From: Mycoplasmatales bacterium
GTDB lineage: Bacteria; Bacillota_I; Bacilli_A; Mycoplasmatales; MT37
Assembly (NCBI GenBank): GCA_965196725.1
Contig: OZ239770.1
Location: forward strand, 78,018 to 142,017
DNA: 64,000 nucleotides
Reading direction: 5' to 3'
Part shown: in pieces, positions 48,645-59,704 of the stretch
Layout of the letters: every line of letters starts with the position of its first letter
Position numbering within the stretch: position 1 is the first letter of the stretch
The notes under the pieces: model-generated
Seen by the model: the letters and a program-made list of their open reading frames with translations, nothing else
The model's database searches: none
Told to the model about the DNA's origin: nothing
Translations under genes and position numbers: made by a program

Positions 48645-49640
48645 ATGCCATTTAATTTAAAAGGACGTAGTTTTCTCACTTTACTTGATTTTAGTCCTGA
48701 TGAAATCCAGTTTTTAATTGATTTAGCGGCTGATTTAAAGGCCGCTAAATACAACGGGACCGAAGTTCCACGTTTACAAGGGAAAACAGTTTGTCTCTTG
48801 TTTCAAAAAGATTCAACCCGCACCCGCTGCGCATTTGAAATCGGTGCTACTGATCAAGGAATGCATACGGTTTATTTAGGACCTTCTGGTTCACAATTTG
48901 GCAAAAAAGAATCAGTTGCTGATTCAGCGCGCGTTCTTGGTCGGATGTTTGATGGAATTCAATTTCGTGGTTTTAGCCAAAAAGTGTGTCAGGAACTGGC
49001 GGAACATGCCAATGTTCCGGTTTGAAACGGTTTAACTGATCTTTATCATCCTACTCAAGTTTTGGCCGACTTTTTAACCATTCTGGAACAAAAGAAAACA
49101 TTAAAAAAGCTTCGGTTCGGTTACTTTGGTGACGGTCGCAATAATGTTGCTAATTCCTTAATGATTGGCGCAACCAAAATGGGAATGGATTTTGTCTTGG
49201 TTTCGCCGCGCAGTTTATGACCAAATGATAGTTTGGTTAATCAATGTGAAGCGTTTGCTGCCCAATCTGGTGGTTCATTAACGATTACTGATCACGTCCT
49301 TGAAGGAGCAAAGAACTTAGATGTCATTTACACTGATGTTTGAGTATCAATGGGGGAACCAGAAAGTGTTTGAGAAGAACGGATCAATCTGCTTAAACCT
49401 TATCAAGTTTCGATGGAAGTTGTTCGCAAAGCAAAAGATGATGTGATTTTCTTACATTGTTTACCCGCTTTCCACAACACCAAAACCGAAGTTGGCAAGC
49501 AGATTGCTTCTAAATTCGGCATCACCGAAATGGAAGTCAGTGATGAAGTGTTTGAATCTAAACATTCCCGTGTTTTTCAGGAAGCCGAAAACCGTTTGCA
49601 TACGATTAAAGCCTTAATGGTGGCAACGATCGGAAATTAA
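48645..49640 (+). CDS. arcB: Ornithine carbamoyltransferase (catabolic)
   Basis: STRTRCAFE, ..HPTQ.., ..HCLPAFH.. Confidence 0.95.
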
Positions 49641-49689
49641 TTTTATGAGATAATAAAGGAAAAAAAAGGAGAAAAAATCAAAACAAACT

Positions 49690-51336
49690 ATGAATATGAA
49701 TAGTTTAAAGGGTAAAAGTTTCTGGGCACGCTTCCGCATGCCACATGTTTTTACCCTACTTTTTGCTATTATTGTTTTAATGGGTGTTGTTTCGCTAATT
49801 TTGGCGTATAGTGGAGTAACATATAAAGACAGTAAGGGTAAAGAAGTTAAAATCCTAGCTGCCGGTATTACAGAATGAATTGCTGCTCCGCTTGCCGGAA
49901 TGGTGAATGCCGTCTGAATTATCGTTTTCCTATTTGTTTTAGGAGGTTTCATTTACTTCATTGTAAAATCAGAAGCCCTTGAAGCATTAATGGGACGTTT
50001 AGGACTGAAATTAAAACAAATTACGCCGCGGGATCATTCCCATAAAACTGGCTTTGCTTATTATTGAGCAATGACCGGGGAATTTTTCCGTCAAACGTGA
50101 CTAATTTTTCCACTGGTAATGTTTTTTGCCTTTTGTGGAACTAGTTATGGAATGGCCGAAGAATCACTAGCTTTCTATGCAATTATTATTCCGTTAACAA
50201 TTGCCGCTGGATTTGACATGTGAACAGGGTTTTTAATTATTTTCGCTGGTGCCGGAATTGGCGTAATGGGTTCAACAATTAACCCGTTCTCTGTTTTAGC
50301 AGCCAACGATGCGATGAAAGGGGCAGCAACAAGCGCCAATAAAGCGGCAATTGAAACCGCCGCTAACAATGGAATGGCCTGACGTTGATTGTCATGATCA
50401 CTTCTTTCCACAATGACAGCATTGTTTGTCATGTTTTACGCTTTCCGAGTGAAGCAAAACCAAGCAAAAGCGAAATTTGCTGATATGTTTGAAGTTCACA
50501 AGAAAGAATTTGGGATGGCAAACGCCCAATTACCAACCCTAACACGCCGGCGTTTAATTTCCGCGCTTTTATTCTTTCTAACTTTCATCATTCTGGTATT
50601 AGGAATGATGCAATATGATTCAAACTTTGATACGAAAATCGCTGATTGAACAGCGGATAAATTTAGTGACCAAAAATCTACGCAATGATTTTACAACCAA
50701 ACTACAATTAATAAATTAACATCCGATGGTTACGACTGAACATTCGGAGCGTGATGATGAACAGCGATTATCAGCCTGTTCTTGATTTCGGCGGTCACAA
50801 TTGCGATCATCAATCGTAACAATGAAACCGAAACAATGGAAGGATTTGTTATCGGGGCGAAAGACATGCTAGGCGTTGCGCTAGCAGTTGGAATTTCCCG
50901 TGGCGTTTCCATGATTTTAAAAGCGACGAATATGGAAGGTTATTTTGCCCAAAAATTAGCAAATGTCTTAAAAAACATTGAAGGGGAAAAGAACATTGCG
51001 ATTCCTTTAACTAGTTACTTCCTCTTTATTCCGCTCACATTTTTGATTCCTTCCACTTCCGGACTTGCGTCCGCAACCTTTGGTGTGATTGGCAACTCTG
51101 TTGGAGTAGCCGCGCCAACCGCATTAAGCGGAACTGTCACAGCTTACGCAATGGGATCAGGGTTTGCAAACATGTTTGTTCCAACCTATGCCGTTGTTAT
51201 TGGAGCGATTGGAATTACGAAAATTTCCTATGCTCGCTTCATTAAAGCGATTGCTATCTTCCTTGGATTGGCATTCTTGGCCGGAATTGTCTTAATTACC
51301 CTTGGTGGAGCAGTGACAGACGGAAAAATCTTCTAA
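49690..51336 (+). CDS. YfcC/DcuC-type polytopic carrier within the arc operon (candidate arginine/ornithine exchanger)
   Basis: 548-aa polytopic membrane protein assembled from three in-frame pieces, located between arcB and arcC. Substrate is inferred from context only. Confidence 0.65.
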
Positions 51337-51445
51337 ACGACGTTGAAAGATTAACCGTTTTTTTGATTACGCCAGGATTCGTTCAGATTTGGAATGGGTC
51401 CTGGCGGTTTGATTTTTATTACCATGGTGAAATTCCGCTTCCTAA

Positions 51446-51474
51446 ATTCAAAAACTCTTGCCTAGTTTTTGAAT
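51446..51474 (+). repeat. Perfect 11-bp inverted repeat with 7-nt spacer upstream of arcC
   Basis: ATTCAAAAACT-cttgcct-AGTTTTTGAAT. A second hairpin, GCCAGGA..TCCTGGC, lies about 60 nt upstream. Confidence 0.5.
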
Positions 51475-51513
51475 TCTTGAAATGGAATGGAGGAACAAAA
51501 AAGTTAGTTAAAA

Positions 51514-52473
51514 ATGGAAAAAATTATTATTGCATTAGGTGGCAATGCCCTGGGAAATAATCCGATCGAACAAAAAGTCGCCGTAAAAAAAACGGCCCAT
51601 TCAATCGTTAATCTGGTTGTCAATGGGCATCAAGTTTTAATCTGTCATGGAAATGGTCCCCAAGTAGGAATGATTAATTTAGCTTTTAATGAAGCAAACA
51701 CAAAAACAGCCGGCAAAATTCCGGGGTTAGATTTACCGGAAGCAACGGCAATGAGTCAAGGTTACATTGGTTTTCATCTCCAGAATGCGATTAACAACGA
51801 ATTATCACGCCGGAATTTACATCACATTAAAACGGTTAGTTTAATTACCCAAGTTGAAGTGGATAAAAATGATCCAGCCTTTCGTCACCCCACTAAACCA
51901 ATTGGTGCTTTTTATTCCGAAGCGGAAGCGAAGCGCCTAGCAAGCGAGAAAAACTGGGTTGTCAAAGAAGACGCCGGGCGCGGTTGACGCCGCTTTGTTG
52001 CTTCTCCTAAAGCTTTGGATGTGGTGGAAAAACAAGTAATTATTGATCTTTTAAATCAAAACAACATTGTGATTGCCGCTGGCGGTGGTGGAATTCCTGT
52101 TTATCGTGATGATTTTGCTTTCCAACCGCTAGCCGGAGTAATTGATAAAGATAATGCTTCCGCCAAATTAGCATCGATTATTAGTGCTGATAAATTTATT
52201 ATTTTAACGGCCGTTGAATATGTCAGCATTAATTACAATCAACCAACGGAACAGAATTTGTACCGGGTAAATTTAAAAGAATTACAAAAGCACATTGACG
52301 ATCAACAATTTTCCGCCGGTTCGATGCTTCCCAAAGTTTTAGCAGCAATGGATTTTGTCGAGAAAAATCCAACTAAACAAGCAATTATCGCTCATTTAGA
52401 TGATTCAGTTGAAGCTGTTCAGGGGCGAAAAGGAACGATTATTTATAGTAATAATCGTAACCACATAGAATAA
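51514..52473 (+). CDS. arcC: Carbamate kinase
   Basis: ALGGNAL, HGNGPQVG, AAGGGGIPV. Confidence 0.95.
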
Positions 52474-52497
52474 AAACTAAAAGGAGAAGCAAAGGAA

Positions 52498-54162
52498 GTG
52501 TTAGTTGCGATTGCAAAAGAATTACTGATTCAAGGTTTAAATCAATTAAATTATCAAGTTCCTGCCCAATTTCGGATTTGAATTCCAAAGCAAATTGGCG
52601 ATGCAAAAAATGATGTTTCCACTAATCTTTGTATGGTTATTGCTTCTTTAACACGAACTGATCCGCACCAATTTGCTTCTCGTTTAATTCGTGTGCTGGA
52701 AAAATCCAATCCTAATTTAGAAAGTTTAACGTATCAAAATGGTTATTTAAATTTTACTTTTACGCCTTCGTTTCGGAATCGTGTCATTACGGAGATTTTA
52801 ACTTCCAAGCAAACCTATGGCAAATTGGATTTGGGAAAAGGGCAACGGTTAAATTATGAATGGATTTCGGCTAATCCGACTGGTTATTTACACATTGGTC
52901 ATGCCCGAAATGCTGTGTTAGGAATGGCGATTTCCAATTTGTTAGAATTTGTGAATTATGATGTGACCCGTGAATTTTATGTTAATGATCAAGGAAAACA
53001 AATTTTTAATTTAGGTAAAAGCATTTTTTATGCTTATTGTCAGCAATTAGATCAACCAGTTGCCAAAGTTGATCAAGAAATTTATGTTAATGCTGAAATT
53101 AGTCAGGCGGCCAGGGAATTAATTAACCGGGTTAAGAACCGCTATTTAAACAGTGATTTTTTCAATAATCGTAGTGTTCAGACTGATTTTGCTAATTTTG
53201 GCAAGCAGTTTTTTCTGCCTAAAATCAAAAAAATCTGCAGTCAACTTGGCATTCAATTTGATGTCTGAACATTTGAATCTGCTTTATTTCAAAAGAATCG
53301 TGATCAAGAATTTCTTCATCGCTTGCACCGGCAAAAGTTGTTGTACCAAAAAGCTGGTGCCACCTGGTTAAAAATTGGTGATCAACCAAGCGCTGATGAT
53401 TTTGTCCTTTTTAAAAGCAGCGGGGAAGCAACTTATTTTCTCGGTGATTTAATGTATCATGCTAATAAATTTGACCGTGGTTTTAAGATCTGCATTGATT
53501 TATGAGGTGCTGACCATCATGCCCATTATTTAAAGCTTCAAAAAGCGTTAGCGGTTTTAAAATATCCCGCCCATAATTATCACGTTAATTTGATGCAATT
53601 GGTTAAAATTGTTCGCAATCAACAAAGCTTAAAGATGTCAAAGCGAAAAGGAACGGCTTATTATTTGCATGATTTATACAATGAAGTTGGGAATGATTTT
53701 TTCAAATTCATGCTCCTTTCTTCCAAACGGAACAATAAATTTACCTTCGATCTTACTTTGGTCAAGCAAAAAACCACCCAAAATCCGTTGTTTTATTGTC
53801 AATATGCCTATGCGCGTGCTTGCAAGTTGTTAACAATACAGCATGTTTCGCTTCCTCAAACTGCATTTGCCAACGCATCATTTGCCGTTTTAAATAGTCG
53901 CTCGGAGCGGAAATTAATTCTTGCTTTGCATCAATTTCCGCATTATCTGGAAAAAGCCGTCACTTTTTATGAACCAGCAATTTTAATTGAATATGTCCAA
54001 AAACTGGCGAAAGCATTTCATCTTGTTTATGAAAATGATCGAATTAAGCAAATTAGTGATTTAAATTTAAAACACGCCCGTTTAGCTTTAATTAAAGCGT
54101 TTACGCTTGTCTTCAAGCAGATCTTTACCTTATTTGGAATTTCAACCCCTGAACGAATTTAA
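52498..54162 (+). CDS. argS: Arginyl-tRNA synthetase
   Basis: SANPTGYLHIGHARNAVLG (HIGH), MSKRKG. GTG start after AAGGAG. Four ORF pieces in one frame. Confidence 0.9.
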
Positions 54163-54237
54163 TCATGCTTCATTTCGCTTTTTGCTTTAGTTTTAAAATT
54201 TTTTCCAAAAAAATCAACAAGGATATAAAATGAAATC

Positions 54238-57200
54238 ATGAATAGTAAATTAAAATATTATCTTGGCTTGGATCTAGGAATTTCTTCGGTTGGTTGAGCG
54301 ATTATGGCTGAAGATCCCAAAACCGCCAAACATACCTTATATGATTTTGGCGTTCGTTTGTTTGATGTGCCGGAAAATAGGGATAAACAATCAAATGCGA
54401 GTTTAAGACGTGATTTACGATCAAATCGTCGCTTAATTCGCCGCCGCAAGCATCGTATTTTAATGTTGAAAAGATTTCTATCCAGAATAAAATTTTTGAC
54501 AGAAGATCAATTTCAAACTGAATTTAACTTAAAATCAACAAACAAATTAATTAAAAAAGATGGTCGTTGAACAACAGAAACTGGATATTATAATACTTAT
54601 GTTTTAAAGGTTAAAGGTTTAACGGAGAAATTAGACAAACCTGAGTTATATTCTGTTTTATTAAATTATGCCAAAAAACGTGGTTATCTTAATAAATTTG
54701 CAATTGAAAATGATAAAAAACTTACAAAAACAGAACAATCAAATCAAAACAAAGCAATTGAAGAAGCAGATAATTTAGTTAAGAATTATGATGATTCAAT
54801 AGCAAAAGCAATTGTTTATGATAAAAGATTTGCCTTTGTTAAAAATGTAAAAGATCCGAAAACAAAAATTTTAATTGCTAACAACAAATCAGAGCTTGTG
54901 GAATTTCAAGGAAAAATGATTAATCGTTATCTTTTGGAAAAAATTTCCGCCAAAGAAGCAGAAAATGCTAAAACTAGTCAGTTTAATTGATTATTTGCTC
55001 GTCGCGATTATAGAAAAGAGTTACAGAATCTTCTTTTATATCAAAGTCAATTTCATCCAGAATTAAACACTAATAATTGTGATCAGATTATTGATATTAT
55101 TTTTCAAACTCGCGACTTTGAAATGGGTGCTAAATGCCGTGATTGTATTAAAAATATGATTGATAAAACAGAAGATTATATTGCGAATACAAACAATATT
55201 AGAAACTGTAAAAGACTAGATTGTTCGAATTTTGGTAATTTTTGAGATCTAAAAGGAAAATGTCACTTTTATCCCGAGGAAAGACGCCAAACAAAGGCTT
55301 CAGTAACATACATTATTTTTTATTTTATTAATGAATTATCAAAAATTTGAAGTTTTCTTGAACAGCGCAAAAACAGTAAATTAAAATTTACAGCTGCTGA
55401 TAAAAATGAAGTTTTATCTAGTTTATTTTTTAATGAATGAAAAACACATGCGCAAGCTTTGAAAATAATTCAACAAAAAATTAGTGAAACCTCAATATGA
55501 CGAGATTATGGAGATAAAAATTATTTTGATAAGAAGAAATATCCGATTTGAAAAGAAGATACAAAAGATGAGCAAACAGGTTTATCTTTTAAAAAACCAA
55601 TTTTATTACAAGCATGTTCTAAAATTCCTGCTTTAACATCCCAATTGAAACAGATCGAATTAACATCAAACAAGGTTTTTAATTGGGAGCAAAATATTAT
55701 TGAAAAAATAGGAGAAACCTGCTCGCTTTGAAAAACACCAATAAGAAGGGAATACGCATTAAAAAAACTGTTTTTATCAAAAAATATCGGTTTGAATAAA
55801 GAAGAATTTGCTCTTCTTCTTAAAGAATTGAAAGAAATAGAAGCATCTCCGGGGAACGCATCCGCAAAATATATGCAAGAAGCTATTAGAGATTATTTTG
55901 ATAAAGGCACATTATATGGTGATTTTGCCTGAAATTTTCAAAAAAATCATAACACTATCAAAAACAAAATTGTTAAAAACCAAACCATTTTTGCTCATTT
56001 TATCGATAAAGATATGATGTCGAATCCAGTTGTTATGCGGGCAATTAGTCAGACACGTAAAATTCTCAAAGCACTGCATCAAAATATTCAATTTGAATCT
56101 ATTGTTGTTGAAGTAGCAAGAGATTTGTATTCTACCCCTGAACAACGCAACGCTATTGAGAAAATAAATATAAATAATTATAACGAAAAAAAACGAATCA
56201 TTGAAAGGTTAAAAAAACGTGGTTTTGAAAACATTACTAAACGGAAAATTTTAGAATACAGTTTATGAGAACAACAGAAAGGAATCTGTATCTACAGTGG
56301 TAAACCAATTGATTTTAACCCTTCTCCTAATGTAGTATGAGAAATTGATCATATTATTCCTCAGAGTTTATGTCAAAATGATACAGCGACTAATAAAGTT
56401 CTTGTTTTGAGGACAGAAAATCAAAGTAAAGGCAAAAAAATTCCTTATTGATGATTGCAAGGTAAAAATTGATCAGATTTTTCTTCTCGTGTCAAATCAT
56501 TAAAATTACCTAAAGTTAAAACTAATCTTTTGTTAGCAAAAACTGTTGAAGAGGCAATTGAAGCTTTTTCTAGTCGTAATTTAAATGATACGCGTTATAT
56601 TTCTAAGTGAATTTCTAACTATATTAAAAGTGAAATTAGTCACTTTAATTTACCAACAAAAGTTTTTGTAGTTCCTGGTGCTTTAGTCTCTCATCTTCGC
56701 AGAAGTTGATTACGACAGTCGGCATGAGGATTATATCAAAAAGTTCGTGATATTACTCCTTATCATCACGCAATCGATGCCATTGTTATTTGTCAATTTA
56801 AAAAACAAATGGATATTCAATTAGCAGTTGATTTATTGAAACTAAATCAAATAAGATGGAAAAACATTAGTGAAAGCGAAAAAAAAGCAGAAGAAAAACA
56901 GTTTCTTGAAGTAAGTCAAAAAACCGCTAATATTCTTGAAAAAGCTTTTGGTAAGCAAGATGTTGATGAATATTCTAAAAAAATCAAAGAGGCATCTCGA
57001 AAAACTTTTTTGATGTTTGATTTTTATATTTCTAATTTGAAAGAAGAAGTTGAGAAAAGAATTCCCGTGAAATTAAAAAAAGTCGACTGTGAATGCCGAA
57101 AAAGAAGTATTTCTTCACTTTCAACCCCTTCGCCAGTTGATAATTGCCGAATTTGTTATGGAAGCAAAAAAATTCCTAGATATGACAGAATTTTGAATGT

Positions 57201-57942
57201 GGATGAATTTTATAACGAAAATTCTGAACTTTCAAATTCAATTTACATTAATTTTCGATACCCGCACATTTCACACATGATAAATCATAAAGTTCCCAAA
57301 CGAATTAACAGCAGTGAAAAAATAGGTTTCTTTTTTACAGGTTATACAAAAACAAAAAAAATGATATTTGAAAAAGCAAAAAACAAACTTTTCAGAATTT
57401 GATTTAAAAATCGCAAATTAAAATTGGAAGATTTGAATTTAAAGTTAGATTTCAAGTATGTAAAAGAAAAAGATCTACAAAGTTGATTGAACGAATTTAG
57501 CAGTGAAAATCGTGATTTTTTGGTTAAAACATCTAAAACAGGAGATCTTTTGGGGGTTATACCTATAAGTCGATTTTTTGGCTTAGAAATTAAAAAAGAT
57601 AAATTAGTGTGGTTAACAAACAAAACCGCTCAAGAATATGCGAAGAAAAACATCATCCATAAATCATTACATAAGATTTTAATTCCCAATAATTTGGTGG
57701 AGTATTATGATCCAAAACTTAGAAAAAATATTATTAAAGTGTTTAAATCACGTAAAGACAAAGATAAAGCATATTTACATATCAATGGTTTAATGAAAAC
57801 CGATGAAAAAACTATTTTTGGATTTAAAAATTCCACTGAAACACTTAAGAGAATTTCTAATGATTCACTTAAAATTATAAGAGTTAATTTGTTGGGTGAT
57901 TTATTGACCAAAAAAAATATATTTACTTCTATTAAAAGATAA
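54238..57942 (+). CDS. cas9: CRISPR-associated endonuclease Cas9 (1234 aa)
   Basis: RuvC-I YYLGLDLGISSVGWA; Arg-rich bridge helix RRDLRSNRRLIRRRKHR; HNH WEIDHIIPQS..NKVLV; RuvC-III YHHAIDAIVI. Whole frame translated: no TAA/TAG, many TGA=Trp. Confidence 0.95.
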
Positions 57943-57958
57943 GAAATTACTATCTACT

Positions 57959-58023
57959 GTTTTTATTCTATTAAAAATGGCGACTGAATCAAGCGGTGAT
58001 AGTTGAAAATGGACTAGTTTTTT
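57959..58023 (+). ncRNA. tracrRNA candidate (anti-repeat plus short tail and T6)
   Basis: 57959-57989 is the perfect reverse complement of repeat nt 6-36. 57990-57994 (CAAGC) extends pairing over nt 1-5 with one mismatch and one G-U. Tail GGTGATAGTTGAAAATGGACTAG ends in TTTTTT at 58018-58023. Strand is inferred (see findings). Confidence 0.7.
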
Positions 58024-58053
58024 GTTAAAATTAAGGTAATTGTTTGATGTGAA

Positions 58054-58389
58054 ATGATTGTTAAGTCACGGTTACGCATGATGCGAATTCTTTTAATGTA
58101 TGATTTGCCCAGCACAACCAAAAAAGCTCAGCAAATCTATCGTGAATTTAATGGTTTTCTTCTTAAAAATGGTTTTTATATGTTACAAGAATCAGTTTAT
58201 TGCTGTTTTGCAAAAAGTTATATGACAGCCAAATTAATTGTGACAAAGATTAAGAAAAACAGTCCGATTCTAGGTGACGTGCGTTGTTTAATAATTACCG
58301 AAAAACAATATCAGGAGATCAGTTTTTTTAGTGGAAAACCCAGTTTTCAGGAAGAATTGTTTAACCCGGAACCCATCTTAGAAATTTAA
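58054..58389 (+). CDS. cas2: CRISPR-associated endoribonuclease Cas2
   Basis: ..RMMRILLMYDLPSTTKKAQQIYREFNGFLLKNGFYMLQESVY..ITEKQY.. This pattern matches type II-A Cas2 (MRMILMFDMP..FRKFL..G..QFSVY..TEKQF). Confidence 0.85.
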   Translation: MIVKSRLRMMRILLMYDLPSTTKKAQQIYREFNGFLLKNGFYMLQESVYCCFAKSYMTAKLIVTKIKKNSPILGDVRCLIITEKQYQEISFFSGKPSFQEELFNPEPILEI

Positions 58390-58391
58390 AC

Positions 58392-59573
58392 ATGAAAACA
58401 ATTGAAATTAGTAACCAACTTTTTGAAAAGCAAAAAATTACCTTTGTTAATAAAATTGCGATTATTACCGGGCAAAATCGAGCGGGGAAAACGATGTTGC
58501 TAGATCAAATTGCAAGCGGTTTAGAAGGAAATAGCTTGCAAGTTTTGGTTGATAATCGAATGGTGAAAAAAGGGGAGTTTCAGGTTGTTTATTTAACAGA
58601 TGATCGCCAATTTAATGAAGAAATTAAATTAACCAAAACAAGTCGGTTTCGGAATCAATTAATTAATCGAATTAATAAAACTTTAATTCACAACGAAAAT
58701 TATTTGAATTTAAATCAACAAATTGAAGAATTGGCGGAAAAAATTAAAACAATTACTAATTTGGCAATTAGTCCAAACGAAACAGCATTTACGACTAAAA
58801 AAATTAAATTAACATTTGATACATCAAAAGTCAATCTGGAAAAAATTGTTGATAAATTACTCGAAATTGATTTAATCGATCAGCAAACGCAAACCCGGTT
58901 GGACGAAAAACATTTCAATAACTTTTTGTTAAGAATGATTGTTTTTAATATTTTGCTGACCGGATTAGATTGAGAAGATAAGCAACGTCCAATCGTAATT
59001 TTAGTTGATAATCCGGCGGTTTATGCGAATTATCAAACTTTAACTGAGTTTGCCTTTGAATTAAAAAAACTCCTCAAATTTCCCCATTTATATCTTTGTT
59101 TAGCCACCGGAAACGCCGAATTGGTTGCAAGTTTAAACTGTGATTTAGAAGCTATTCATTTGATTAAAGAACGTGAAATCATTGCTTTTAGAGGATATGA
59201 GGAAATTATCGAAGAAGCAATTGCGCTTTTTAGTTTTATTAGCAACAATGACTATAAAGATTGGCAACAATTTAAAATTAATTTAAAAAATGTGTTGGAA
59301 AAAGCCGATTTTGAACGTGAATTTAGTTTATTTTGAAACACGGAAACGATTAACTGGTTTAAAATGCTTTACGCTAGTAAAATTGTTTTTGCGGCGGAAA
59401 AAGAAATAATTAATTTAGATGATTATGTTAGCAAAAACTTTACCTTGATCATTCGAACTAATCTTTTAAGACAAATTATTCTTTTTTTATACGCAAAGAA
59501 TTTGAATATTCCTGTGATTTTTAGTACAAATTTGCAGGCAAAACTAAAAAAAATTAGTTTTTTGTGGAACTAG
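58392..59573 (+). CDS. P-loop NTPase in the csn2 position (Csn2-like, 393 aa)
   Basis: Walker A ITGQNRAGKTML; Walker-B-like RPIVILVDNP (Asn where the catalytic Glu is expected). Three in-frame pieces joined by TGA. Lies between cas2 and the array. Confidence 0.6.
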
Positions 59574-59704
59574 TTTTTTTAAAAAAATGTAATTTTTACA
59601 AAAAAATTCTAAAAAAGCAATATGTTTTTTCAATAAGCAATGTTTATAAAATATTAAATATTGTTGGTGATATGAGTTTGATATTATGTTTTTTTGCTAT
59701 AATG
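59574..59704 (+). promoter_or_regulatory. CRISPR leader with extended -10 TGCTATAAT (59695-59703) abutting repeat 1
   Basis: AT-rich 131-nt region between the csn2-like stop and the first repeat. The TGnTATAAT ends 1 nt before the repeat. Confidence 0.5.

Noticed and set aside
51363-51560. 65-aa ORF in the carrier-arcC spacer
   Set aside because: It overlaps the arcC start and the hairpins, has no motif, and is likely spurious.
1-54200. Apparent gene fragmentation (many short ORFs ending in TGA), which could be read as pseudogenes
   Set aside because: Adjacent fragments are always in the same frame and restore full-length conserved proteins when TGA is read as Trp. This is genetic code 4, not decay.
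57943-59573. Possibility that cas1 is hidden in the cas9-cas2 gap or is the 393-aa ORF
   Set aside because: The gap is 111 nt. The 393-aa protein has a P-loop and nothing resembling the Cas1 fold motifs. The cas9 C-terminus reads as one continuous non-Cas1 frame.
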